DNA of 64,000 bases from Felis catus (Eukaryota): NCBI RefSeq assembly GCF_018350175.1, contig NC_058368.1, positions 239,260,001-239,324,000 on the forward strand. The letters are read 5' to 3'. Made by a program: the position numbers and the translations under genes. Below, in pieces: positions 11,754 to 22,310 of this stretch; position 1 is the stretch's first letter; every line of letters begins with the position of its first letter. A model generated the notes under the pieces. The model worked only from the letters and a program-made list of their open reading frames with translations. It did no database searches and had not been told where the DNA came from.

Positions 11754-12014
11754 TCGTGGAAGGCTGGCTCCCGGTCTCCTGCTCCAGCTCATCCTCCTCC
11801 TCGAAGCAGGTGCGCATGTCGTACGGCCAGGGGCAGGAGGCGGAGCTCCGCAGGGCTGGGCTGGCAGTGGCATGCAGGCCCGGTGGCCCCAGGGCAGAGG
11901 AGGACTGGCTGCCAGAGGAGGAGGTGCTGCTGTCTGAGATGGTAGAGTGTGGCCTCTTAAAGGAGGTGGCGTGGTCACAGGGGGGCACGGCCATGGGTGC
12001 TCGCGTCCATGACT
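11754..12014 (-). CDS. PLEKHG4B: PLEKHG4B exon, post-PH Ser-rich tail (reads through to TAG at 11740 if unspliced)
   Basis: Acceptor tgtccccttccAG|ag; FKRPHSTISDSSTSSSGSQSSS...EEEDELEQETGSQPST; donor A|gtgagt at 11753. Confidence 0.9.
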
Positions 12015-12226
12015 CTGGAAGGGGACAGAAAGCAGGTGGGTCTGGTTTTGGCTCCAAAAGCGTGGTCCAGACTCGAGAATGAAATGGCCATCTGAAAACT
12101 GACCAGGTCCCTCTCACTGCAGTCACGTCCAGCCCACTGTGCTGGCCCTTGGGGCCCACAGTGAGCGCCAGGACCTGAGTCTGAGTCGGCGGAACAGAGT
12201 GAGAGTGAGGGCTGAGGCCACATTAC

Positions 12227-12334
12227 CTGCCCCCTTCTTGACGGCCCGATCACTTATGGCTGCATCGCTGGGCTGGATGTCCACGAACGGTTTGGTGCTC
12301 ATCCCCATTGACACCATTTCCTGCATTCTGAGCT
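12227..12334 (-). CDS. PLEKHG4B: PLEKHG4B exon (ELRMQEMVSMGMSTKPFVDIQPSDAAISDRAVKKGA)
   Basis: ttttAG|ag ... g|gtaatg; 108 nt, phase 1-1. Confidence 0.92.
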
Positions 12335-12896
12335 CTAAAACAGAAGCAGGTAGGACATTTTCCAAGCAGTGGCTTGGCTTTGATACCACACCTGTTGATG
12401 CTCTGCACCCAACACCATCAATCCAGACCAGGAGCATGTTGGGGCAGAAACCTAGGTGGGGTCCTGGCACATGGAGCATAGGGCCTTCCAGAAGAGGTCC
12501 CTCACCTTCAGGGAGACAACAGTGTCCTATCATCCAGGAGGGCATGGTGCTTTGTCATGACATCTCTGGAATTGCCGTGGTGTGGGGACAGGGGTCTTGT
12601 TTATACATGAGTAAAGGGGAAATACGTGTTTGTGTGCTGATGGAAGGATCCAGCCACTTCCACATAAATGGTGCTGACGGAGGGGGCCTCCCAGGGGCCA
12701 CCTGGGCCTAGGGCTCTCCAAGGGCCACCTGGCCCAAACTGGCCCCAAGCATGGTCCAACCCCCTAACCCCTGACCCCAACCCCTGACCGCATGCCCCTG
12801 GCCTGAACTTAGCCCCTAACCCCTGGCCCCAAACCTCTACTCCAAGGCCAGACCCCTAAACACAGAGCTGGCTCTCGATAGCCCTTTTTTGCCCAC

Positions 12897-13077
12897 CTCT
12901 GTTCCGCAGAGCCTGCCGCCACAGGATCTGCCCTATCATGTGGGTCCAGGCTGTCTTGACCTCTGCAGAGCTGGCCTGGAGAATGTAGGTGTCCTGGGAT
13001 TTCCGCCGTCTGCGGAACCAGATCTCAAACCTCAAGCCACTGTCTCCGACGTTCTCCGTCATCCCAATCTCGGCTGT
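12897..13077 (-). CDS. PLEKHG4B: PLEKHG4B exon, PH domain C-terminal half ([26 protein letters not shown]...)
   Basis: gtgcAG|aca ... g|gtgggc; 181 nt, phase 0-1. Confidence 0.95.
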
Positions 13078-13658
13078 CTGCACCACAAGCAGTGAGCAAC
13101 CATTGATCCAACTGACCACTCCCTGGCTGACTGACCCCAGCACCTCAGTGTTGGGAGTCTCTTCACCCAGACATCTAATGGTAGGGATGAGGCAGGCCTG
13201 GGGCCCACTGGATGAACTGGGTTCCAATCGTGTGCAATGGCTCCCTCTTGGGGCCTCAGTTCCCCCACTGGAGAAAGGAAGGCCGGCCTAGAAGGTTCTG
13301 TGGTTGCCACACCGGATGGGACTACAGAACCCTCTCTGATATGCTCCTTGGCATGGGCAGGTACGGCACTGTGGTTGTGGGACCCTCTCAGGAGCTCAGA
13401 AGCTCAGTCAGGTGAGGGCCACACCTACAGACATGCCAAAATCTGAAATGGAGTTACCGATTGAGGAGACTTTTTCCAGCCACTGAACCAGTACATGGAA
13501 CTATAAAGGACAAGTGCCTCCTTGCAGTTTTTGAAGGTCTGAGGCTTTCGAAGCCCAGACAGAATCACAGAAAACAACAGATAGCACATGTCCCTGCTCA
13601 CACCCAGCAGACCAGGACCTGACACCCAGCGGCGTCCGGTGAGAGGCAGGCGTGTTAC

Positions 13659-13829
13659 CTTGAAGGACTGTTTGTACATGTAGGTGTCGTAGCCTCCGTC
13701 CACCTTTTTGGTCTTGCTAAACAGGATGAGGTCTTCAAAGAGGAAGACGTGCCTCAGATACTTTTTCCTTCCACAGCAGACGATAAACTCGTCCTGGCAT
13801 CTCAGCTGCCCCTGCTCCTTCAGATTTAC
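13659..13829 (-). CDS. PLEKHG4B: PLEKHG4B exon, PH domain N-terminal half ([17 protein letters not shown]...YKQSFK)
   Basis: ctgcAG|gta ... aag|gtaaca; 171 nt, phase 0-0. Confidence 0.95.
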
Positions 13830-13867
13830 CTGCAGATGGAACCAGCCTCCCTCAGGGACAGTGAGAC

Positions 13868-14320
13868 CTGACCTGACCCCACTTCGGCCTCCGGAGAGGG
13901 GAGAGAGGCTAGAGGTGAAATTGATCACCAATGGCCAGTGACTCAATCAACGAGTCCTATAATGAGGCCTCCATACAACCCCAAAGGACAGGCTTTGAGA
14001 GCTTACTGCTTGGTGAAGAGGTGAGACGCTCAGAGGGGGCACAGAAGCTCTGCACCCGTTTCCATGCACCTGGCCCTGTGCCTCTCTTCCATCTGGCTGT
14101 TCCTGAGTTGTGCCCTCTACGGTACACTGGTGAGGTCATAAGTACACTGCTTCTCTGGGTTCTGACCTTTGCCACAGGAAGGGGAGCCCTTCACCTGTGG
14201 GGGTCTCATGCTACGTCCAGGCAGATGGTGTCAGCATTGAGTTGAATGATAGGACATCCAGCTGGTATCTGAGAATTGCTCGGATGTGTGGGGGAAAAAC
14301 CCACACATTGTAACCGGTGC
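13868..14320 (+). mobile_element. MER21-like LTR remnant
   Basis: ggagaggggagagaggctagaggtgaaattgatcaccaatggccagtga...cctctcttccatctggctgttcctgagttgt...gagaattgct..gtggggaaaaacccacacatt resembles the recalled MER21 consensus. Confidence 0.65.
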
Positions 14321-15017
14321 CAAACCCTCAGGGTCGGGGCTCCTGCCAGTCTGCGTGGCTGAAGAGGCAGGGCAGGACGTGGGCACATCCCCAGCCAAGC
14401 CCACGCACAGGCCAGCTCACCTTGCAGGTGCCCAGCGTTGGCAGTGGGAGGACATCCATATGGGTGGTGGCCTGGGGGCTGTGCTGCATCATGGTGGCCA
14501 GAAGGGCCCGTGCTCAGATTACTGCTCATGAAACTCTTAGTGCTGTTTTTAAGCAGGGCACCCACATTTTCATTTTGTACTGGGAATTCTGGGGCCGTCC
14601 CTCTGAATGTCAGACATAAGGGGCTCTGCCAGAGAAAGGGCTCCTCTTCTGCCTATGCTGGTCCTACCATGCTACTGTGGTGGGGTGGGGCATGGATGCC
14701 GGCCCTCAGCACTCCAGCAGAGAGGTTGGCAGCATGGGACGAGCCAATGTTGGCTTGCCCCAAGCCCGATGGCCCACATTTTCATGCATCCGGTTGTCCT
14801 CAAGGAGCCCTAATCAACAGATGGCCTGCCATTCACACCCTGCAGCTGCTGCTCTAGTCACCTGGACGGGAAGCCGCTCTCTGCTCCCCTCACCTGCGAG
14901 CCCCTTGAGAGTTCTCAAGCTTCGGGAGACTTCCCCAAAGGAAAGCGTATGTGTTCTGATACCAGGCCACATCTTTCCTGAACTCACGAGAGCCCATCAG
15001 GGCCTCAGGGCACTTAC

Positions 15018-15248
15018 ATCACAGCCTCGGACCGCATCCATCGCCAACAGGTCGTTGCCATGGCGCAGCTGGAAGCGGACCACACCCTCGGCAGCCCGGA
15101 GCTCGCCCAGCTCCTGCTCCCAGGCAGGGCAGCAGCTGGCCTCCCTGGCCAGGTCCTGGAGAAGCAGTGCGTACTTGCCCATACGCTGCACGGGCTTCAG
15201 CAGGTAGGAGGCCAAGTTCATCTTGTCTCCCAGCTCCCGCTGCTTGTC
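15018..15248 (-). CDS. PLEKHG4B: PLEKHG4B exon, DH domain C-terminal part (DKQRELGDKMNLASYLLKPVQRMGKYALLL...RGCD)
   Basis: cttgcAG|gac ... gat|gtaagt; 231 nt; canonical DH motif LLKPVQR. Confidence 0.96.
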
Positions 15249-15324
15249 CTGCAAGGGCCAGGGTGAAAGGGTCAGCCCCTGGGCCGGGTGGGGGGCGGCG
15301 CGGCTCGCGGGGTGGGGGGGTGAC

Positions 15325-15414
15325 CTTGAAGAAGGCGTTGCCGTGGCTGCAGAGCAGAGCATCTGACCGGGGCTTGTTCTTGCTGTAAAGCGCGTACATG
15401 CCAAACTGTTCCTC
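15325..15414 (-). CDS. PLEKHG4B: PLEKHG4B exon, DH domain middle (EEQFGMYALYSKNKPRSDALLCSHGNAFFK)
   Basis: tttgcAG|gag ... aag|gtcacc; 90 nt. Confidence 0.94.
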
Positions 15415-15799
15415 CTGCAAAAGGGGAGGGCACCATGCATCTGAGTCGGGGGCTGGGGTCAGAGTCTATGCCTCTCTCCTCACCCTCCATGTTCAGTCCC
15501 CCTGGGGGCGTGACAGAAGGAGCCTCGGTGCTGCACTACAATCTTCTAGGCTTCCCAGCCTGCAGGGCCTGCTCGGCTCGGGGCCAGAGTTCTAGAATCG
15601 GTCTTTACCATATAGGGTTTGGGGGAAGAGGGAGAGGGAGTCCTCATGAGGCTGGCCTGGGAAGGGGCATGGAGAGCCTTTGTTCATTTAATGGTCAAGA
15701 ACCAAAGTTGTGTTAACCGGTAAAATTCTCACCGTTGTCAATAATATAAAACGACACAGAGTTCACCTTACGGCTAAAAGCACCTTCTTAGAAATAGCT

Positions 15800-16398
15800 G
15801 AATTAAAAATAGAACTATCCTACGACCCAGCAATTACACTACTAGGTGTTTATCCGAAGGAAATGGGAATGCGGGTGCGAAGGGGCACATGCACCCCAAC
15901 GTTTATAGCACCATTATCAACAGTAGCCAAAGTTATGGAAAGAGCCCAAATGTCACCTGACTGATGAATGGACAAAGAAGATATGGTATATATACACAAT
16001 GGAATGCTACTCAGCCATCAAAAAGAATGAAACCTTGCCATTTGCAACAACGTGGATGGAACTAGATGGTATTATGCTAAGTGAAATAAGTCAGTCACAG
16101 AAAGACAGATATATGATTTCACTCATATGTGGAATTTAAGAAACACACCGGATGAACATAGGGGAAGAGAAGGAAAAATAAGATAAAAAGAGAGGGAGGC
16201 AAACCATAAGAGGCTCTTAAATACAGAGAGGTATTTTGAAGGTAGGTGGGTGGGGGATGGGTTAGATGGGCGATGGGCATTAAGGAGGGAGCTTATTGGG
16301 ATGAGCACTGGGTGTCGTATGTAAGTGATGGGTAAGCAGGGTTTATTCCTGAAGCCAAGACTACAAGTATGTTAACTAACTTGAGCTTAAATTTTAAA
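15800..16398 (+). mobile_element. Carnivore L1 3' end (ORF2 C-terminus plus 3' UTR), 5'-truncated
   Basis: LKIELSYDPAITLLGVYPK...; tcagccatcaaaaagaatgaaa; G-rich 3' UTR. Confidence 0.9.
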
Positions 16399-17147
16399 AC
16401 AAGATGCCACATGGGATTTCTTTCATCCTTGGACATTTCTGTTGTGGTAATTTACATAATAACGCTGAGGTCAGTGTCTCATCTGCCCACAACACAGATG
16501 CCACTAGGTCCCCAGTACCTAGAACACTACTTGGTAATTTGGTGAAAGCATTTTCTTTTCAGAGTGAATTAAGAATTTTATTAAAGACGCAGATAGGGAG
16601 ACATCCCATATTCATTGCTGAGAAGACACTTATCAAGGAGAGAGCAGCCTTTCTCGAGTTAACGTGCACACTCCATGAACCTCTGTCAAAAGTCCGACTG
16701 GACTGGCTCAGAGCTCCCTGGGCTGGCCCGGGCTCCACCTGCAGGGGGACCAGGTGGGCTCCTAAGTACAGGAAGCAAGCTGATTGGGGGAGGTGCTGTT
16801 GGCCTATTACCTTAAGTGAGAAGTGGGGCTTTCGACAGAATTAGGGGTGATGATGCAGGTGAAGCCCCCAGTGTCATACGGTTTGGGGGAGCCAAGGGTG
16901 CCTTCAGGGGACACGGAGCAAAATATCCAGTATGATCAGACCCACAAGCGTCTTGTCTATTTTGGTCATCTGTTTATTGGCAGGTCTTACATACTATTAG
17001 TGACACATTTCCTATGTCTGGTCTGCAGACAGATCCAAACGATCCGAAACGTGGGCGTCACCAGACCCAGCCTCTCCAAGGGCGACCTGGGCTGATGGCA
17101 CCTCGGTCTACCACACTGGTGTCAGCGCCCAGGAGGGAGGGACTCAC

Positions 17148-17400
17148 GTGTCTCAGGAACCCGCGGCCCGCTGCCAAGGGGCAGGGCTGGCAGCGCTCCA
17201 GCTCTGCGAGGAAATGCTGGCGGTGGAAGTCATAGAGCTTCTCCAGGTTCCCAAAGATCATGCTGCGCTTCCCTCGAAGGTCCTGAGGCAGGTCTGTCCT
17301 TTCCATTTCTGGAAAATAGTTGTCGATGACATATCCTAAGGACCTGACATACTCCCTCTCTGTGGAAACCATCTCGGCCATTATGTGCTGCAGTCGGCTG
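17148..17400 (-). CDS. PLEKHG4B: PLEKHG4B exon, DH domain N-terminal part (SRLQHIMAEMVSTEREYVRSLGYVIDNY...FLRH)
   Basis: cttccAG|cag (NAGNAG) ... cac|gtgagt; 253 nt, phase 2-0; DH motif EMVSTEREYV. Confidence 0.96.
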
Positions 17401-17779
17401 CTGGAAGACAGAGAAGCAGGTGGCCACTCAGCTGTGCACGGGTCACAGCTTTACTCCAGGCCTCGAGAGACCCTTCGTCCGCGCTGTTGCTGCTTCACAC
17501 AGAAACAGAATGCTCTGCAAACCCAGAGGAATAAACATGACTATTCGTGGGCAGGAGAACCTTTGTGATTAAGTTTTCTGTTCAGCAACGAATGCTGTCA
17601 AGTGTGCTCTGTTCCCTGGAGCTGCTCCTTTGACGTGACGAATGAGATGAGAAAAACGGGCAGGGACGTGATTAGAAACAAACTGGTTGCACGAAACACT
17701 TCTGTATTATTGATCACGGCCTTTTGGGACAAAAGATCCTTTCGGAAAGTGAAAAGGAGAGATTCCCAGGCCCCCTAAC

Positions 17780-18160
17780 TCCAACCCAGAGTTGTGAGGT
17801 TTCTCATTCCCAGATGGCTTGATTCTGGCACCCTCTGCATGGAGAGCTCTGGGAGTAGGGAGATCTGAACACTGCATAGAAGGCTGTGGTGAGGATTCAT
17901 GAGAAGAGGGTTTCTGATGCACACGGACTGCTAACCTACCAGAAGGGATTTCTGAAAACTCAGCTTTATGCTGTAGAGACGTCTGACCCAGAGGCCGAGG
18001 AGAAGCTGCTGGAGTAGAAGATGCGGAGCAGGTGGGCCCAGGACGGAGCAAAGGAGGGCAGCAGTGGGGAGGCTGTCTCTTCCCTGCCATGCAGAGGGTT
18101 CCCTGGGCTCCTGCTGGTGTGGTCCAAGCAGGGGCCATGTCTCTGCTGCACACAGCACTT
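17780..18160 (-). CDS. PLEKHG4B: Candidate cryptic or cassette exon of PLEKHG4B, in frame with the upstream exon
   Basis: Acceptor cttctcggtgcctccAG|a gives phase-2 entry into a frame open to TAA at 17707; weak phase-2 donors at 17786 and 17780. Confidence 0.4.
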
Positions 18161-19884
18161 CTGGAGGCACCGAGAAGAGCTGGTGAACTGGGAGCCCCAC
18201 CCTGCTAGTAATGAGGCACAAAAGTCTTACCCCTGTTTGACAGCATTCTGCCAGCAACCTCCCTACATTACTCAATCTCGATAATACTAATGGGGGCTGG
18301 TAGATCTTTTTTTGCCATTACTTGTATGTACTTGTTGTTTTTTTAAAATGGAAAACAATGAAAAGCAACCAATGATAGGAAAGACACCTGTGGTCAGAAA
18401 TGCTGCCGAATGCACCCCATTTGCAGCTGGCGTGCTTGTTCCTTATCACACTCACATAACAGATTTACAAATACCTATTGTTTCTCAGGGGGCAGCACGT
18501 GCTGGCTGCTTGGGAGCACGCAGACCTCGTGGTACTGCTGGGACATGTGGCCTGGAGGTGCCCCCAGCCAACCCAAGGCCCCGGTACCCACAGCACACCA
18601 CCTGTCAACATTTGCCCAGTATAAGCACCCTTAAATACTCAGAAACAAAACTAGGACGGTCTGGGGGTTTGGAACAAGTTAATTGGAAATTGACTCTCTA
18701 GGAAATAATCGTTAGAAAGATGTGGGGAAATGGACCAAGTGACAGGAACTGTATCTGGACAACTGGCAGAAGGGCCAGGGTTTTCATGGGAGATAGGGTT
18801 AAATGTTCTCTCCTGCCCGAGGAGGAAGTGCTCCGTCTCTGGTGTGCCGTGGAATCTGCTACCGAACCTTGGGTTGGTGGGTCCGTGGATCATGTAAGGT
18901 GGAAGAGGGTACCTGTCCCCAGGGGCAAAGGCAGGATGGCTTCCCAAACCTGTTCCCTCCAGACCGAGGCCGTCCACTGCAGGTGACCAGGGGGGCTCTC
19001 AGCGAGTGGAGGGCATTCTGTGCCTCTGAAAGCTTTCAGATGAGCTCAGGGGAGGTGGAGAGTGGTTCTTCCTGGAGCCTTCCCAGGGATTCCAACCCCC
19101 AGGGAAACCCACCTCATGTGCTCCCAAATGAAACCTTCCTGTTCCACCTAAGGTTCCTCCCTGAACTAGGTGCACTGTAACCGCCTGGAGTCTGAAACAT
19201 AGAGGTGTGTTTTAGGAGAGTGTTTGGTGATCGTCTCAGGTCAGAGGTGTTCTCTGTATGAGGAGGAAACACGTCCACCAACCAAATGAGCAAGGAAGGC
19301 TAGGACAGCCCACCTGTGGCCCACCCTGCTCACTATAAAAATGGACTAAGAACCCAAGGGGCAGGCCGTGGTGCCAGGTGAGAGTCACTACCTGCCCTTA
19401 GCATGGGGCACAGTTCTTGCCCACTTTTTAATCCTACCGTGAATAACAAGTATGTTTTTACAAATATCTTCTTAAACATTTAACAAGTTAATACAGACAT
19501 CTCCATTTGGGCAATGGATAAAAGCACACACATACTTCTCACCTCAATGCTGAAAGGCTTTTTTTTTTTTTTTTAAAGTAATTCTTAAGGTAATTTCTTC
19601 ATATTGTAGGTGTGATTTGCTTATTGTGATTTTCTATAATTGGCCTCAAATGATGAGAGCGGGTGGGCTACGAAATAGGAAGCAGTTTTCAATGACCGTT
19701 CTGAACACAGGAGGTAAAAAACATCTTGCCTAAAATCGAACACAAGTGTGCTGCCTGGACAGGACAAGATGGGCCTGGAGAGATGTTTGTGGATTTACTA
19801 TTTTGTGAAAGTGCATGTAGTGGCTTCCGCTCTCTGGCACCCCACTGACCGCGAGGCCCAAAGGCTGGAGGACGTTCACCTCAC

Positions 19885-20630
19885 CTTCCTGCTTGCCTCC
19901 TCCTGTCCTCCTCGGATGGGTGGATCCTGGAGGGAGAGGACAGACTCCGGGTCCGAGTACCCAGGGGGCTCTCGGCATGTGGCCTCGGTGGGGGCTGCTT
20001 CTCTGAGGCCACAGTGCTGGTCACCTCCAGGCCCCTGATGAAAACCCCAGTGTGGCCTGGCCAGGGGGAGTCCCGGGGGCCACCGTCAAGCTGTGGAATC
20101 TCAAAGCTTTGTGTTTTCCTCATAATTTTCTTCAGGGGATATTTCTTGGGGTGGGTTGTGGGTGTCTGGATGGGCTCGGAGGAGCAGGCAGAGCCGTTGT
20201 CTGGGGCCGGGTGCTCACCCTCCTGCCTGCAGAGAGCGGCTTGTTCAGGGAGGCCGGGCAGCAGCTGGGCACGCTCCCCAGTGTGGCCCTCCGGATCAGT
20301 GTGGGGGATCCAAGAAGGCTCACAGTGCCTCCTCTCAGCCCCCCGGGGAAGCTCGTACTGCAGGGGGCTCGGGCTCAGAGGTGGGGCCCCAGGGTCGGGG
20401 GGAGCCCCAGAAAGGGCCCCTTGGAAGCAGAGTCGAGTCTGCTGGCTCTGCAGCCACAAGCTGTGCCACTGCGGCAGTGCCCGCCAGCTGCCCAGGCCTG
20501 CCTCCACCGTGCTCGCCCCGGGGAAACTCCACGCAGTCAGCTCTGTGGCCTCCTGGTGACAGCTCTTCGGATACTCAGTGACCGGCTCGGGACCCAGGTG
20601 TTCCAGACACTGCAGCATCCACCCATCCAC
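19885..20630 (-). CDS. PLEKHG4B: PLEKHG4B large exon upstream of the DH domain (...KKYPLKKIMRKTQSFEIP...TGVFIRGLEVTSTVASEK...RSLSSPS)
   Basis: tgtgtAG|gtg ... ag|gtgagg; 746 nt, phase 0-2. Confidence 0.92.
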
Positions 20631-21410
20631 CTACACAGCAAAGAGGGTGCTGGTCAGGGCAGTGGAGCACTGTCGGCCCCACCCAAACTCCCGTAGCTGA
20701 TGAGCAGCTCAAGTGAACCCAGGTCATGCTCCTTCTGCTCTCCAGGTTCTCCATATCAAGCACCGGGGAGAGCCAGATGGTCAGAACAAGAGGAAGACCT
20801 CTCTGCCCACAGAGGCAGCTGCCAGCCAGACTCGGCCCAAGAGTAGGCAAGATGATTTTGTGCATGAGCTCAAAGGGGTCTGAATCCTCCACAGTCCCCA
20901 AGAGCAGCAGGTGGCGTTGTCCCAGGGCCCCGGGATGCCAGGGCTGGACAGACCATGAAATCAGCGATTCCACACTTCTGACGGGTGTGAGAGGCCGTGG
21001 CAGTGGGAGGGACAGAGTTCCTACCCCTGCCCTGGCCTTCCCTGACCACTTGGATCCCACTCAAGGAGCTGTGCTCCTGAGGGCTCTGGCCCCGGCAGCC
21101 CTAACAGCCAGGCAATTCTGGGGTGCTGGTGAATTTTCAGCCATGGGCTGTGTTGCAGCGACTGTTTGGGGGTCTCTGACTTTTATAGCTGAGCCGGTAA
21201 GTGGAGAAAAGTTCACATGTTTGTTCTGCCTCTCTGCCTGGTACAGTAAATAAACTCCTCACATGGTGGTTGAGAGCCTGGGGTGCAGTGCTGGGGCATG
21301 CTGGCCAGCTGTCTCAGAGCTTGACCCACTCAGGCCTGCACGGGACGGTGCTCACTAAATGTCCAGAGCACATGCAGATTCCCTGGAGGTGATTCCGCTG
21401 GGCTTCTCAC

Positions 21411-21567
21411 GGCCTCATAGAAGTCAGAGAGGTGGGCCCCCCAGCCAGCTCCCCCTCCCTCTGCTCAGCCCAGCTGGACACGGTGCGCAGCCACCTTCTC
21501 AAGTCCAGGGTCGCTTTCCCTGTGCCTTGGGAGCTGTTCTCTACCAGCTGCAATATTTCTGACAATA
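21411..21567 (-). pseudogene. PLEKHG4B: Frameshifted (apparently dead) PLEKHG4B exon
   Basis: ctgcAG|tat ... gcc|gtgaga spans 157 nt (not 3n) between phase-0 neighbours; frame 0 hits TAG after 8 codons; pieces resemble the human exon QSCQKGLQL...EGELARWTRSSELCET as I recall it. Confidence 0.6.
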
Positions 21568-22123
21568 CTGCAGTCGTCCAAGGAGCAAACTACCAGCGCG
21601 AGCCTGGTGCTTACTCTGCTTTTGCGTGTGCGTCCTCTGTTGTGTGCGTGCCATCAGCCTGTTGTGGAAGGTCTAGTACCCCCACTGCTGCCGCGTGTTC
21701 TCAAGACAGAGCAGCTCCACGAGGCCTGGAATTTCTCTCCTTTCTCAAACCACAATTTGATCCACGTAGGAAAAACAAGGCTTTATTTTTAATCACGTGA
21801 AGGAGTCCGGCTCTGTGATCGTGGGGACACCGGAAGCAGCAGATGCCACTCAGGCGCTGGCTCACCTGGTTCCGACAGCCCGCACACCCCATCCTGATGC
21901 ACACAAGCGGTGCCCCTTGCATAAATCAGAAGCAGCTGCACAGCAACGGAGGCCACGCCACAGGATCTGTGACCCCGGTTTTACACACACGCTCCCTTCA
22001 GCCTGTGGATGGGAATCGACACGCTCTGGTTGAAGAGGGTTGACCACAAGTCTCCATGGCTCAGATGTGTAACTTTTTCATGGTTTATAAATGGAAATTA
22101 AGATCCGCTGAAAAATAGATCCA

Positions 22124-22310
22124 GGGGTGCCTGGGTGGCTCAGTCAGTTAAGCGCCGTCTCAGGCGCAGGTCACGATCTCATGGTCTGTGTTGACAGCTC
22201 AGAGCCTGGAGCCTGCTTCCGATTCTATGTTTCCCTCCCTCTCTCTCTGCCCCTCCCCTGCTCATACTCTGTCTCTCTTTCTCTCTCAAAAATAAACATT
22301 AAAAAAAGAA
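22124..22310 (+). mobile_element. CanSINE with internal deletion
   Basis: ggggtgcctgggtggctcagtcagttaagcg head; poly-A tail; TSD-like aaaaatagatcca / aaaaaagatcca. Confidence 0.88.

Noticed and set aside
20014..20696. Plus-strand ORFs of 141-214 aa (likewise 44227-44832)
   Set aside because: Antisense shadows of large PLEKHG4B exons
21866..22002. Possible exon ending at the strong donor ag|gtgagc that might rescue the frameshifted exon
   Set aside because: It ends in phase 2, and entering the 21567 exon in that frame meets TGA, so it does not restore the reading frame
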